Assembly (NCBI GenBank): GCA_002633005.1
Contig: NMRA01000200.1
Coordinates: forward strand, 1 to 64,000
DNA: 64,000 nucleotides
Origin: Phoronis australis
Taxonomy: Eukaryota; Animalia; Phoronida
Direction: 5' to 3'
In this document: one piece after another, positions 1 to 11,444 of the stretch
How the letters are laid out: each line of letters starts with the position of its first letter
How positions within the stretch are numbered: the first letter of the stretch is position 1
Program-made: the position numbers and the translations under genes
The notes under the pieces: generated by a model
What the model was told of the DNA's origin: nothing
The model's database searches: none
The model's input: the letters and a program-made list of their open reading frames with translations, nothing else

Positions 1-25
1 GGAGGGATGTATAGTGGGGATCTCT

Positions 26-1990
26 TTATTTTGATATAGTATGGAGGGAGGGCAAAAGGGTGCATATTGCTGTCTCTGTATGGACATCCGGCGTCTGCAG
101 CTGTATCTCCTTAACCTCTTGCTGGATCTTTGTGAAATTTGGCAAGTGTTTTTCTATGACTGTGACAGCAGGTGAGGATGCCTTATGTACTGGTACATCT
201 GCCGCTGCGTCCCCTACTGGCCACATTTTATGTTTACCTCTGTATCTTCAGAGGTTCTGGACAGATTTTTATGCGCCAACATATTTATATGTGGGTGCAT
301 ATTGCCGTCATCTCTGTCTGGGAGTCAGGGCGCCCGGGCGTCCGACGTCTGTATCTCCTAAACCCTTAGAGAATTGTATTGAAATTTTGCAGGTGTGTTC
401 CAATGGGGTTGACAACAGAGAGCGATGAGTTTCGGACTGACCCAAATACTGCTGTGCCCCCTAGTGGCAATTTTAGTTTTTTACATCTGCTTCTGTTTCT
501 TCAAAGGTCGTCAGCCACTTTTCATGAAACTTGGCACATAGGCATGTGTTAATGAGATGATGCTATCCTTCCATTTTCCGATGGATTCGAGCCATTTTGT
601 GCCATCTAGTGGCCATTTTTACTTTTTTGAGTCCGTTTTTGGCTTCTGCACCTCTGTCAACCAAACCACTCAAAGGATGATTGTGAAAATTGGCATGTAT
701 GTTCTTACTGTGAAGAGGACAGTTGACGATGATTTTCTGACGACTTTGACTACCGTGGCATCTCCTAGTGGCAGTTGTGTTTTTTTGCAGCTATGGCTCT
801 ATCTCCTAAACCGTTGATAGGATCTTTACTAATTTTAGGAAGTGTACTTATATGATGTTGACAACGGATGACAGTGACTTTCGGACGAATCTGAGTAGTG
901 GTGTGCCCCTTAGTGGCAATTTTAGTTTTTTACGCTTACCTCTCTATCTTCAAAGGTCCTCAATGGATTTTCAGAAAATTTGGAATATTTGCATTTATTG
1001 ATGACATGATGCTATTCTCCCACTTATGGTTGGAATCGAGGTACTATGCGCCACCTGGTGGCCATTTTTGCTGTTTTCAAGTCTGTTTTTTAGCGTCCAC
1101 TCCTCGATCAACCAAACCATTATAAGGATGATTTTGAAAATTGGTGTATACGTTCTCAGTGTGAAGAGGACGGTTGATGACAATGACTTTGACTACCGTG
1201 GTGGCTCCTAGTGATAGTTTTGTTTTGTTTTTCGCCCATAGCTGCATCTCCTAAACACACTGCGTGATATGTATGAAATTAGCTAACAACAGACGACGAC
1301 ATATTTCAGGGGATCCAATGATTGCTGTGCCTCACAGTGGTAATTTAATTTTTTCCATTTTCCCTTGTTTCTATGAAGTTCCTTGACCATTTTTATGAAA
1401 CAAATTAGCAACCCTAGAAGCACACTGTTTGCATTGCATTTGTTGGTGCATTTCAACGCTCCGTGTTGCTCTTGTTATGAAATTTGACAACTTGTTTGCT
1501 ATTCAGGAGACGATGACGCCGGCTCATTTTCGGACAGATTTGACACGATCTTACCACCTAGTGTCCATTTTAATTATTTAGGGGTCATGTAATCATGTGG
1601 TTTGGTGTCTACCTCTGTAACCACCAAACCACTCAAATGATCAGTTTGAAAAGTGACAGATGTTTTCCTATTAACAACATCACTACTGATTGATTTTCAC
1701 ATGAATCTGATTACTGTGGTGCCTCCTATTGGCACTTTTTTGCATCTACAGCTGTATCTCGTTAACCCTTGCATGCTCTTTGTGAAGTTGTCCAAGTGTA
1801 TTCCCATAAATCTGACAACAGATGTCAATTTCTTTTGGAAGAATCTGAGTATTTCTGTTCCTTGTTGTGGCAGTACTATTTTTTCCATTAGCCTCAGTTG
1901 GTGGACAGATTTTCATGAAATTTGTCAGATTAGGGAGATGATGCGGCCTACACATGTTTGGACAGTGGCACTTTTTATGATGCTCTTAAA
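26..1990 (+). mobile_element. Nested Helentron/HINE-like non-autonomous elements with an internal ~145-160 bp tandem array (~448 bp higher-order trimer)
   Basis: A 5' module at 266-330 reads T-run, hairpin atgcgccaacatat..atatgtgggtgcat, then tctctgtctg; a degenerate earlier start lies at ~26-100. Region 421-870 is similar to 870-1320. A Helitron-like 3' end (caacgctccgtgttg hairpin, then ctcttgtt) lies at ~1455-1477, and more subunits continue to ~1990. The same family occurs inverted at 43.7-44.4 kb and 53.4-54.2 kb. Confidence 0.65.
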
Positions 1991-3697
1991 CACCCCTAGA
2001 AGCACACTGTTGTTGATTTCAAAAAATGACTGCAGTTGTGTAGCCGTTTGTTACTTTTCGGTTAACCTTAAGAAATTTACAATATGTTTTATATTAATTT
2101 TGCTTTATCTTGAAAATATACATTTCCAGTTGAAAGAGCAAATGTTCAAAAAGATGTTTCCTGTTATCAGATGCATTATGGAATCAGTAAAATATGATTG
2201 TTCTCAACCATTCAGTCGGTTTAATAGTGTATGAAGTTTAATCAATTTCTGGACCAAACAGTCTAGACATTAATTTAGAAAGAGACATTATTCTCAGAGG
2301 AGGTTTAAATATCAGTTTACATTAAATATATGACGTCATTAGGGCCAACGTTTCTCTAATTTTGAGTTGTCGTCTTGTAGAATGGTAATTCTACATTTAC
2401 TTTGTATATTCTTGAAAATTACTTTTAATTATTACTACAAATAATAGTCAATGTACAAATAATGGTCAATGTACAAAAAACTGTTTTGTGTCGTCTACCC
2501 GCTAAAAAGCATGCTGTTTTTTCTTGACCTGTATAGAAAAATTTGATAAAAGAGTTTTACTTTTCGGCCATATTGAGGGCTGAATAAGTTGAAAATGATT
2601 GCCACATGACATTAGAATTAGTCTTAAAAAAATGTGTTAAAAGTGGAACAGAAAATAAAACTAAGAATAAGTTGAGTCATGCTGTCTAACTGTTTTTACT
2701 TCAAAAGTCAGAATTGGTAATGAAAATTATTGTTTTGAGGATTGTTTAGAAAATTTTTTATTTCAATTTAGTATAAGTTATTACTTATTTACCCTCACAT
2801 TTGATTTTAATACTGTAATTGTTCACTTATTTAGCATACAATATGGCCAGCAAGTGAAAAAAAATTATGTGGGCAATGTTTTTTTTTTTTGGGGGGGGGG
2901 CACAACAAGGCCATGCCTTCCTGTCCATTGTGAAAAAGACCTCCTTAATGTGGAAACTCCTTTCAGTTTTGAGTTTGTCCCTCCCCCTGTTCATTGCAAA
3001 ATGCCCCCATGTTTCAGCCTACATGTACCTCCTCAAAATACCTCTAGACTAATGCGTGAGATAACATGCATCGTGGAAGATTTTGATTGACGAATTATAC
3101 TATTTCAGAGCATTTTGGAGAAAAAAGAAGGCTGATATGGTCAAGCAAATGAGTGGGAATTTGGAGGGTAGGGAGCTGATGTCGGATGAAGAATATGATG
3201 TGAGGGATGCTGCACAGATGGATGGCGGAGAGGATGTCATGGGAGTTAACTTGGACAGTGAGGACAGAATCAGGGGACATAATGTAGGGGATGTGGTAGA
3301 TCATGTCAAAACGGATAAAGTGACTGGAAACACAGGACTTGTAACGATTAATGAGAATTTTGAAATAGAAAAAAATAGAGATGATGATGATGGGATTGTT
3401 CTATCAGTGGATCCTCATGAACTTGAGATTTTCAGCTAAAAATTAAAAATGATTGTTTAACTCCATGTTTGATGCCTTTGTCCCTGGAACAATATTTTTC
3501 AGATTGAAATAACCTCTCATATTGGTTGATGTATGTTGTGTATAATGTTCTTGAATGTGCTGGTGTCTCCTTTGATTGAAAGTAGAAAGCAAACACTTTT
3601 GGTGTTGTTTTTACAAAAAATTATTACGTTATCAGACAGAGATTTTGTCCGTGTTTAACTGCTCTTCCCCTGGCCCTTCACAATAATAGAGTATTAA

Positions 3698-3930
3698 AAG
3701 GATACCAAACCCGGTGTTGGCCTATTAACAGGTGCTAAAACGATTTTCCCATCCAATTCTGTGAAACAAAATAATGACCTGTAACCCTCGACAAACATCA
3801 AAATGTTGGAGGAAAAATTGAACACTCCTTTCAAAGTCTGCTAAAGGAGCAAAAGTGGCCTTCATTTTTAACAAATTACACTGTCAAAGGGGAAAAGGTC
3901 ACCCACAAAATACCAGATATTAACTACCCT
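3698..3930 (+). mobile_element. Solo left arm of the TTAA-flanked MITE family seen at 4631-5248
   Basis: ttaa|aaggataccaaacccgg... aligns over ~200 bp with 4631-4830 and with the reverse complement of 5030-5248. Confidence 0.65.
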
Positions 3931-4630
3931 GTGTTCTTGCAATGAGGAAACGACCATGTTCACAGTATTTGGGAAAAGCAAGTCTAGACCTAATGAAACT
4001 TTGGTCGATGAAGAAAGTGCTCCCTCGTCCATCAGTGACAATGGTGCACAGCCTCGCACACTTCATATGAGCAACAAACTTGATCGAGAAGATTTCCAAG
4101 GTTACGTACCACTATTCCGAACGTTCTCTTCTCAGAAAGTCCACTACTCTAAAGTTTCACTACTCCGACAATTCATTACTCTGATTGTCTGCTAATGAGT
4201 CCGAACTGACATGAATGAAATATCATTTTTATATCCATTTAGTAACCATTTAAAAGGTATGCAAGAGTTGAATAGTTCTTAAAACATTGATTACATTGTT
4301 TACAAATGAGCTTCGTTCCAAACACTGCCAATCATGAATTCTTGAATCTAACTAAGGACTCGTTCTCAAGCAGGGACAACATCTGAGGTACGGGTCAGGG
4401 CTGCAGCCACCTGAAGACTGAATGGGACCCTCTGACTTTGGGAAAACTGGCAGGGACAGGGTAGCTTTCTAAGTACATTTAGTTTCTACCACTTCCGTAG
4501 GGTGAGGTATTTATTCATCAATATCCCTACTTCGTATTCTTTTAAAAGGATAGTAAACCCTGTCATTATTTCCACCTATCCTCGTTCTGTCACCTGCTAA
4601 TGTATCACTGACGTCAATCTTTCAAGTTAA

Positions 4631-5248
4631 AAGTATACCAAACCCGGTTTTATCCTATTAACAGATACTAAAAACAACTTTCCCATCCAGTTCTCTGAAA
4701 CGAAATAATGCTCGGCCCGACAACCCTCTAAAGTTTTGAGGAAAATCTCAAATTCTGCTAAAGGGGCAAGCGTGATGTACGCTTTCAAAGAGTTACGCGG
4801 CATCTGTGGGAAAAGACCACCCAACAAGGACCATAATGTCCAATTAGTGAGATAGTGGGTATGAATTCTTAGTTGATTCCTGCTTCATCTTTCAAGATTT
4901 ACGCCAATGATGCAACAGCAAGTGAGAGAACGAGGATTGGTTGAAATCATCAAAATAGGGTTTAGAATCCTTTTTAATTGAGGAATAGCGTAAAAATTCA
5001 TAAACCCCTTGTCAAAGTTTGGACAATATGGTCCTTGGTGGGTGGACCTTTCCCACAGTTGCCGTGTATTTCGCAAAAAACGTAGGTTACACTTGCTGGT
5101 TTAGCAAACTTTGAAAGGAGTGTTTCAAATTTTCAGCAAACTTTTGAGGGTTGTCAATGGTTACAGAGTATTATTTTGTTTCAGAGAACTGGGTGGGAAA
5201 GTCATTTTTATTATCAGTCAATAGGTCAAACCCGGATTTGGTATCCTT
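4631..5248. mobile_element. MITE with long imperfect TIRs and TTAA target-site duplication (Kolobok/piggyBac-type target)
   Basis: Left end TTAA|aagtataccaaacccgg, right end ccggatttggtatcctt|TTAA. The arms are imperfect inverted copies over ~200 bp. A short right-end remnant also occurs at ~44748-44770. Confidence 0.7.
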
Positions 5249-5322
5249 TTAAAAAAGCAAGAACGTTCTTAGTTTTCCATATTCGTACGACATGCTGGCA
5301 ATTTGGGATCAACGGGAAAACG

Positions 5323-5792
5323 CTCGCTGGTTCCCTAGCGTGCTTAGCTCAGCCAGCACACAGGTATCACGCAGTGGCACGCGCTTTAGCATTGGTTGAT
5401 GTAACCTCAGCAGTCATTGGTTAGCTTTACAACACCTTGAAAAAATGGCGGACTGTGAACGATTTTTAGCCTTGCCGTGCAAGTGGCGTCGCAGCAACTA
5501 TTTTGTTTTTTGCAGTGATGTTTAATAGCCGCGTGCTTGAAGCACACAATTGAACACATATCTGGCCGGTTTAACCGGTGTGTTATTCATACTGTATGAA
5601 TTGACAGGACAATATCGTAAACAAAAGTCACCGACAGTAGAAAGATGCACTCCAAAAAGGCGCAACCACGATTTCTAGGATTCGCATTTCCTGAACAAGT
5701 AAATTTTAAGCACCGTACAACAGACCACATTTACACTTCAGTCCATCAGTCATGCTAGTTTGTTTGCGTAAAGCGCTACATGTTGAGAATTC
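5323..5792 (+). mobile_element. 3'-truncated copy of the non-autonomous element at 19087-19686
   Basis: Starts ctcgctggttccct and is colinear with 19087-19581 (shared blocks such as aacagacca, catcagtcatgc, gtaaagcgctac, tgttgagaattc). It lacks the right TIR. Confidence 0.75.
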
Positions 5793-7231
5793 TGAGTATG
5801 TATTTAAGCACGCCTGATTTGAAAGTTTGGCGGGTCGACCTTTGCAAAATATCAAAGGTCCACTGTTCCATAAATTCGAACCACCCCCTGCGCAATGCTG
5901 GCTATGGGCCTGTACTGGACATCAAATATTTGAGGTAGGCCAAGTTTGGCAGCGATCATGGAATAGGCAATACTACTAGGTTCAGTGAATCTCGTTTGCT
6001 AGTGTATTTGTGAACAAGTCGGGAATGAGAAAAGCCACTAGTTCGGCTGTAGATGTGTTTTTGTAGAAGATGGTGCCCTCTATAACATTGTTGCATTTCT
6101 GCGTAGCTTTTGAAAAATCTGCTGCGATTTCAGGTAACCCTCAAACAACCCAGAATTTCAAAAATATAGTTGGATGGTAGCATTGTAGCCATACCACGAC
6201 AGAAAACTTTCTGTGGTCTTTTGTAGTAGTTTGGATGTGAAACGACTCACAACGTTTCATCTTGTTTATAGTTTTTGACAGAGTGTGCATTAGGCCAAGC
6301 AAAATCCAAAAGAGAGTGTGACAGCGCCTCATAACATGTTCCCGAAACCTCCTTGACTAAAATTGTTATCTTGCTTAACATGTAGGAACTATCCGTTGCC
6401 CTCAGGGCTTCAAAGAATCCACGACATTAAAACACCTGCGCTGGCGTAAAGTCAGCTTCATGTGAGAAGTTACCGGAAAGATAATCAAAGTCTTTTTTTG
6501 TAGTCGTGGAGCACTTCAAACAGAATTCGAAGCAAATGATCTGTTTGTTATCATACATTGTGACAACAGAATGGTATCAATTGTCAGGTTCATTTTACAA
6601 TGCGAGATGTATTTTCAAACTATCTGTCACGTAAGGCGTTACGACGCCCACCCGGCCGGTCGGCCCAACGCTCTAGGCCTATTTTCCTTCGTATTCACAC
6701 ATTACAACTGGATTTTCTCAATCTATTGTAGCCATAGTGAGGAAGGACTTAGGTAATCTCGAAATTTTCTGAATTTCTTAACGGAGTTAGAATTTTCATT
6801 TTGTGTATTGAATCTACCAAATAATGCTCTTTTGGGACCCACTCGGGACGGTCGAAATTCCTGCCGTGCAAACCGCAAGTGTTAGTTCAGCGGATGCGAT
6901 TTCAAGCCAACACGTAAACGTTAAAGTGATGGGATTGCATAAGAGAACGTATTCCTGGTAATAGCCTATTCAAATTGGTTGTAAAAGCGTATCCAGTTTC
7001 AGAGTCCCTGAAGACCCTGAATTTGCACCACGGCCATTTGGCTTTGTAGTGATTTTACTAAATGCGATTGCCCGCTTCTTTACACGTTAGTGATTTGACT
7101 ATATCCTGATGCTGAACTTTATTTTTGCTGCTTTCGTCCGCCTTTGACCATTTTCTAAACTTGTGGGTAGAATGTACCCTTTGAAAGACTCACGTTACAT
7201 ATCTGAAAATGTAAAAAGATGGCTTCAAATT

Positions 7232-7375
7232 CAGTGGCGGATTTACTGAGGATATCGCGCAAAGCGCTATTGTAGAGGCGCGTAGCACAGAATGGGCGGG
7301 AGGTCGGGAGGGGGTTCCCCCTTCCTCCCAGGGTAAGTTTTATTTTTGCCTCTAAAAACAAGCATTTTCCTTCAT
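7232..7375 (-). mobile_element. Terminal fragment of a CAGTGGCGGAT-type MITE
   Basis: Begins cagtggcggattt and is reverse-complement similar to 24530-24717 (gtagaggcgcgtagcac..gggaggtcgggaggggg..cctctaaaaacaagcattttcctt). Confidence 0.55.
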
Positions 7376-7744
7376 TTATGAAGTATAATCAGTCCTCGAC
7401 GGCTCTACTTTGGATATTGCAACCACTGCAGCAAAATCCCACGACCCAGTTCGCATTTTAGAATCGGACGTCGCCGTACGGCAAATTTTCAACTCGTCAA
7501 GTTACCACTAAAAACGCCCTTGATTCTAGACTTTCACTTGATGACAAAGAGAGAATTATGAGTTTCTGGGTGATTCACTAAGGCTTCGATTAAAATTTAC
7601 ATCTTAACAACAGCTTCTGTTTCTTCATCGTCAGCTTCCGTTATCCGATTGAAAAATGGAGTAATTTTCTTCATTGCACAGTGCACAGTGGAGCAGACGA
7701 GTGGTAATGCGCGCGGTAATGGGGGGGGGGGGGGATGCATGATT

Positions 7745-8247
7745 NNNNNNNNNNNNNNNNNNNNNNNNNNNNNNNNNNNNNNNNNNNNNNNNNNNNNNNN
7801 NNNNNNNNNNNNNNNNNNNNNNNNNNNNNNNNNNNNNNNNNNNNNNNNNNNNNNNNNNNNNNNNNNNNNNNNNNNNNNNNNNNNNNNNNNNNNNNNNNNN
7901 NNNNNNNNNNNNNNNNNNNNNNNNNNNNNNNNNNNNNNNNNNNNNNNNNNNNNNNNNNNNNNNNNNNNNNNNNNNNNNNNNNNNNNNNNNNNNNNNNNNN
8001 NNNNNNNNNNNNNNNNNNNNNNNNNNNNNNNNNNNNNNNNNNNNNNNNNNNNNNNNNNNNNNNNNNNNNNNNNNNNNNNNNNNNNNNNNNNNNNNNNNNN
8101 NNNNNNNNNNNNNNNNNNNNNNNNNNNNNNNNNNNNNNNNNNNNNNNNNNNNNNNNNNNNNNNNNNNNNNNNNNNNNNNNNNNNNNNNNNNNNNNNNNNN
8201 NNNNNNNNNNNNNNNNNNNNNNNNNNNNNNNNNNNNNNNNNNNNNNN
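7745..8247. other. Assembly gap
   Basis: Run of N. Confidence 1.
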
Positions 8248-11200
8248 GCAATTCTCGGGCTCCTCCCGAGCTTGATTGCATCTCACCTTTCGGATCTGAA
8301 TAACCAAATTGCCCCGTTCTTGCACACACAACTATTAATCAGCGACTGGCTTGCCCGTGTATCAGAACTGTATAAATCACAACGCTGCGATACTAAATCA
8401 TGGAACAACTGGATTGCTTGTAAGTGTGGAATATTGTAGTTATATATTCTTACAATAAACCTATGTATTATTCACCAACTTTTAGTTTTCAACATCACCC
8501 TCAGTCCGCACCGGGCTCGTAAAATCGGGGCGCCTTGGTCGTAGATACCGCCCCCGTTACAACCCTATGACCCACTTTCTGCTCAGTCGTGACTTTTCTT
8601 AAACCTTTACTCTTTTTAGCAGGAGATTCAGACACCCTTCAGACACTTTGGACTTGTATGAAAATTCTGGCTGGTTCGACACCCACTTTTCACCTGATTT
8701 CTGTAATCTGAAGAGTTATGGCAGTCTGAATGCACAGTCTCTCAGTTCGTAGTGATACGCATGCAAATGGTGGTTTTGGTGTAAAAACTGCTGATTTGGT
8801 TTTTTTATTGTTTTTAAGTTGCCGGCTGCACAAGTCGTATATGAATTGACTTTGGGATAAGTTTCAATATACTTTGTGCGAGGTTCATGAAGTCTGTGGC
8901 CCAGCCGTAGATTATTCATATTTTTAAGTTCTGTACATCCTGTGGAACAATCTACTGGAGACTCTCATCACCACCATCGGATGATGGCCACCAGGAGAGC
9001 TGGCGTATATTATCAAAACTAATAGATATATCGTTGCTGTACATCAGTATAATTCCCTTTACTTAGCTAATGACGCCCCTCCGCAGTGGGGTGATTCCGT
9101 ATAGGCTACTGTCACATATAGTCGATAATAGCTTGTTTGAGAGCTTCTCTGACCGCCACCATGCGCTACATGTTCACCACCAGGGGCATGCAGTGGTGGC
9201 CAACAATAGGATTCTCGTTAACTTAGTCAATAACGCTATCCCACAGCTGCTACTGTGCATACTGACACCTGTGATGCTTGTGCAAACCCTAAGTATTTCT
9301 AGTAATGTGTTAACTTGACCTTCGTAGGGGACTCTTCAACGTTAGGCATACTGATTAAGCAAGACTTCTGAACTCAACTATCGTTAGAAACTATCACCTT
9401 TCAGACATATATCACCATTAGAGATAAATGTGAAAAATAAGTCGTTCATCATAAATTCCGTATATGACACCTGACTACGTATGTATTGCAATGTGGAGAC
9501 TTGCTTGTCTTACGAGTGAGAAACCAGTTTCGACGGTAATCTTTTAGTTTGCCGATGATAACTTGGGTTTACGGCCACTTTAAAGAGTATTTCTTATTCC
9601 TCAGCGCCTACAAATTCGTGCAATCGTCTGATTAGCTCTCTATTAGCAAGTGTTGGATCAATTTAACAAGAAATTAAAGAAATTGAGAGATCACTTGCGA
9701 TTGACATGAAGCAGTGCAATTTTTGAGTCCGGCGGCCTACTCTGTCAAAACTACTGTGACTTTAAATTTTGGCACACAGCCTCTTCACATGCAAACACGT
9801 GAATGATCTGCACGAGGACAGGTATCATTTACCGTAGCATGGAAAAGTTAGACACACGGTTAGGTAGGCAACCCTAGTGATGCGTGATTTGCGTCTGCGC
9901 AATGAGCAGGTGATGACGAGCTGTACGATATGACGATAACAACAATTTCTGATCTATACCCAACCTGCATTTCTAAATTTGCGTCAGATCAATCTGTCTT
10001 TCTCGCGCATTTAATTGTACGTCGTAATTACTCGTAACTCGACACAGTTGGTGTCTTGAGCTCATGGTATGTATTTGGCTAATATTTGACACGGTAATGA
10101 GTGGAACAATATGCCTACCAATTCCAGGACATTACGGCCGGGGGTTATGAGAACGCTAATCACCACTTCGTTACCCAATGTCGGCGACTCCGGCGGCAAT
10201 TGGGCGTTAGATAATAATTAATTACAATCGATACTATAGTGTGTTAAGCTGACATGGACAATTACTAGGCTTGTTTCCTGAATCAATTTAGTTTACAGTT
10301 GTAAATGAACACCATGAGGGAAATCAAAGTTATAATTTCTTGAAGCTTAATTCGTGTATTTAGCCCTAAGGCATGGAAATGAACTAATGTGGACGGAGCA
10401 ACATGCGTTTGAAAGGAAACAGAGGAAAAACAAGGCGCAAGATTTAAAAAATAACGTGTGAGAGAAGCTTTAATTCATCATTTATAAAACAGTAAATATG
10501 TTAAAATAGATTTAATCTGATACTAAGAATGGACAAAGGATTTGCCAGAAACATTGGCAAAGCTTATGTCAAGCATCTATGCGAGAGACCGCCACCTGCG
10601 CCTGAGCTTCTAAAGGCGCCTGTAGGTACTGAAGCAGTTGTGCATTTTTTGTAAAAAACGCATTTATTCTGACACAGGCACATGGTACGCGCATCAGCAG
10701 GCAAACATTCTCAAAACATGGCGTGTACGACACGATTTCAGCCAGGGCAACCCCGTAAAATGATTACAATGCGTTGCAGCATCTGGTCAGTTTTCCACTG
10801 CAATAACTGTCGAGCAAACGACGTACACAATGCTCAACCTTTGAGACGTCCATGACGCTACACTTCAAATTTACTGGCAATCTGTACATGCGCGTACCCA
10901 GCCTAAATTATAGGGGGGCTCGAATTTTTCGGTGTGCGGACCTTTTACTGAAAAATCAGCGAGGACTAAAAATACGGGGCGACTAGGTTCAGGCCTACGG
11001 ATTGTACATCTGCGCCGAATTCCTGTGGGCTTTATGTACTTTTGTCTCCTTTACTCGGACTTTTCGTTTCGCTGAGGCGGACCTTGTTTGCCCAATGCGC
11101 CCGTGGGGGGCACCACCACTAGGTTGGAGAGATAAAATAAAACGCGTATTTATTGTGGGAGTAAAAATCTTATCGAGCTATAACGTTGGCCGTCAGAACG

Positions 11201-11289
11201 AAAGAGGGTCAAGAGCGCTATCTGGCGGATTGGAGCACGAAATTGCATTCTCAAAGCATGTGCAGCGGATACCCTCGTGGTCTCTGCTT

Positions 11290-11444
11290 ACTTCTTCGCA
11301 ATCTGACGGTAAGAAATGTTTGCCATACACACGACAGTTTTGCACCGTAGTAGTCATGGAGGGAACGAGCAACGCAGCATTCTTGAAATAAACAAGCCAA
11401 CACCGACGGATTTTAGCATCTTGAAGGCAAATGCGAGTGTCCAT
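11290..11444 (-). pseudogene. Decayed THAP-domain fragment, probably transposase-derived
   Basis: Translation DAKIRRCWLVYFKNAAL...CRVYGKHFLPSD matches the THAP-like segment at 35.6-35.8 kb (DDTLRRTWL..KNAAL...YRVCGKHFLPSD). The conserved Cys is replaced by Tyr. Confidence 0.6.

Noticed and set aside
1653-2234. 193-aa hydrophobic ORF
   Set aside because: It lies largely in T-rich repeat subunits, has a non-ATG start, and shows no recognisable domain.
7597-8439. Long ORFs of 208-244 aa
   Set aside because: Artefacts of reading through the N gap. The same applies to 24154-24615.
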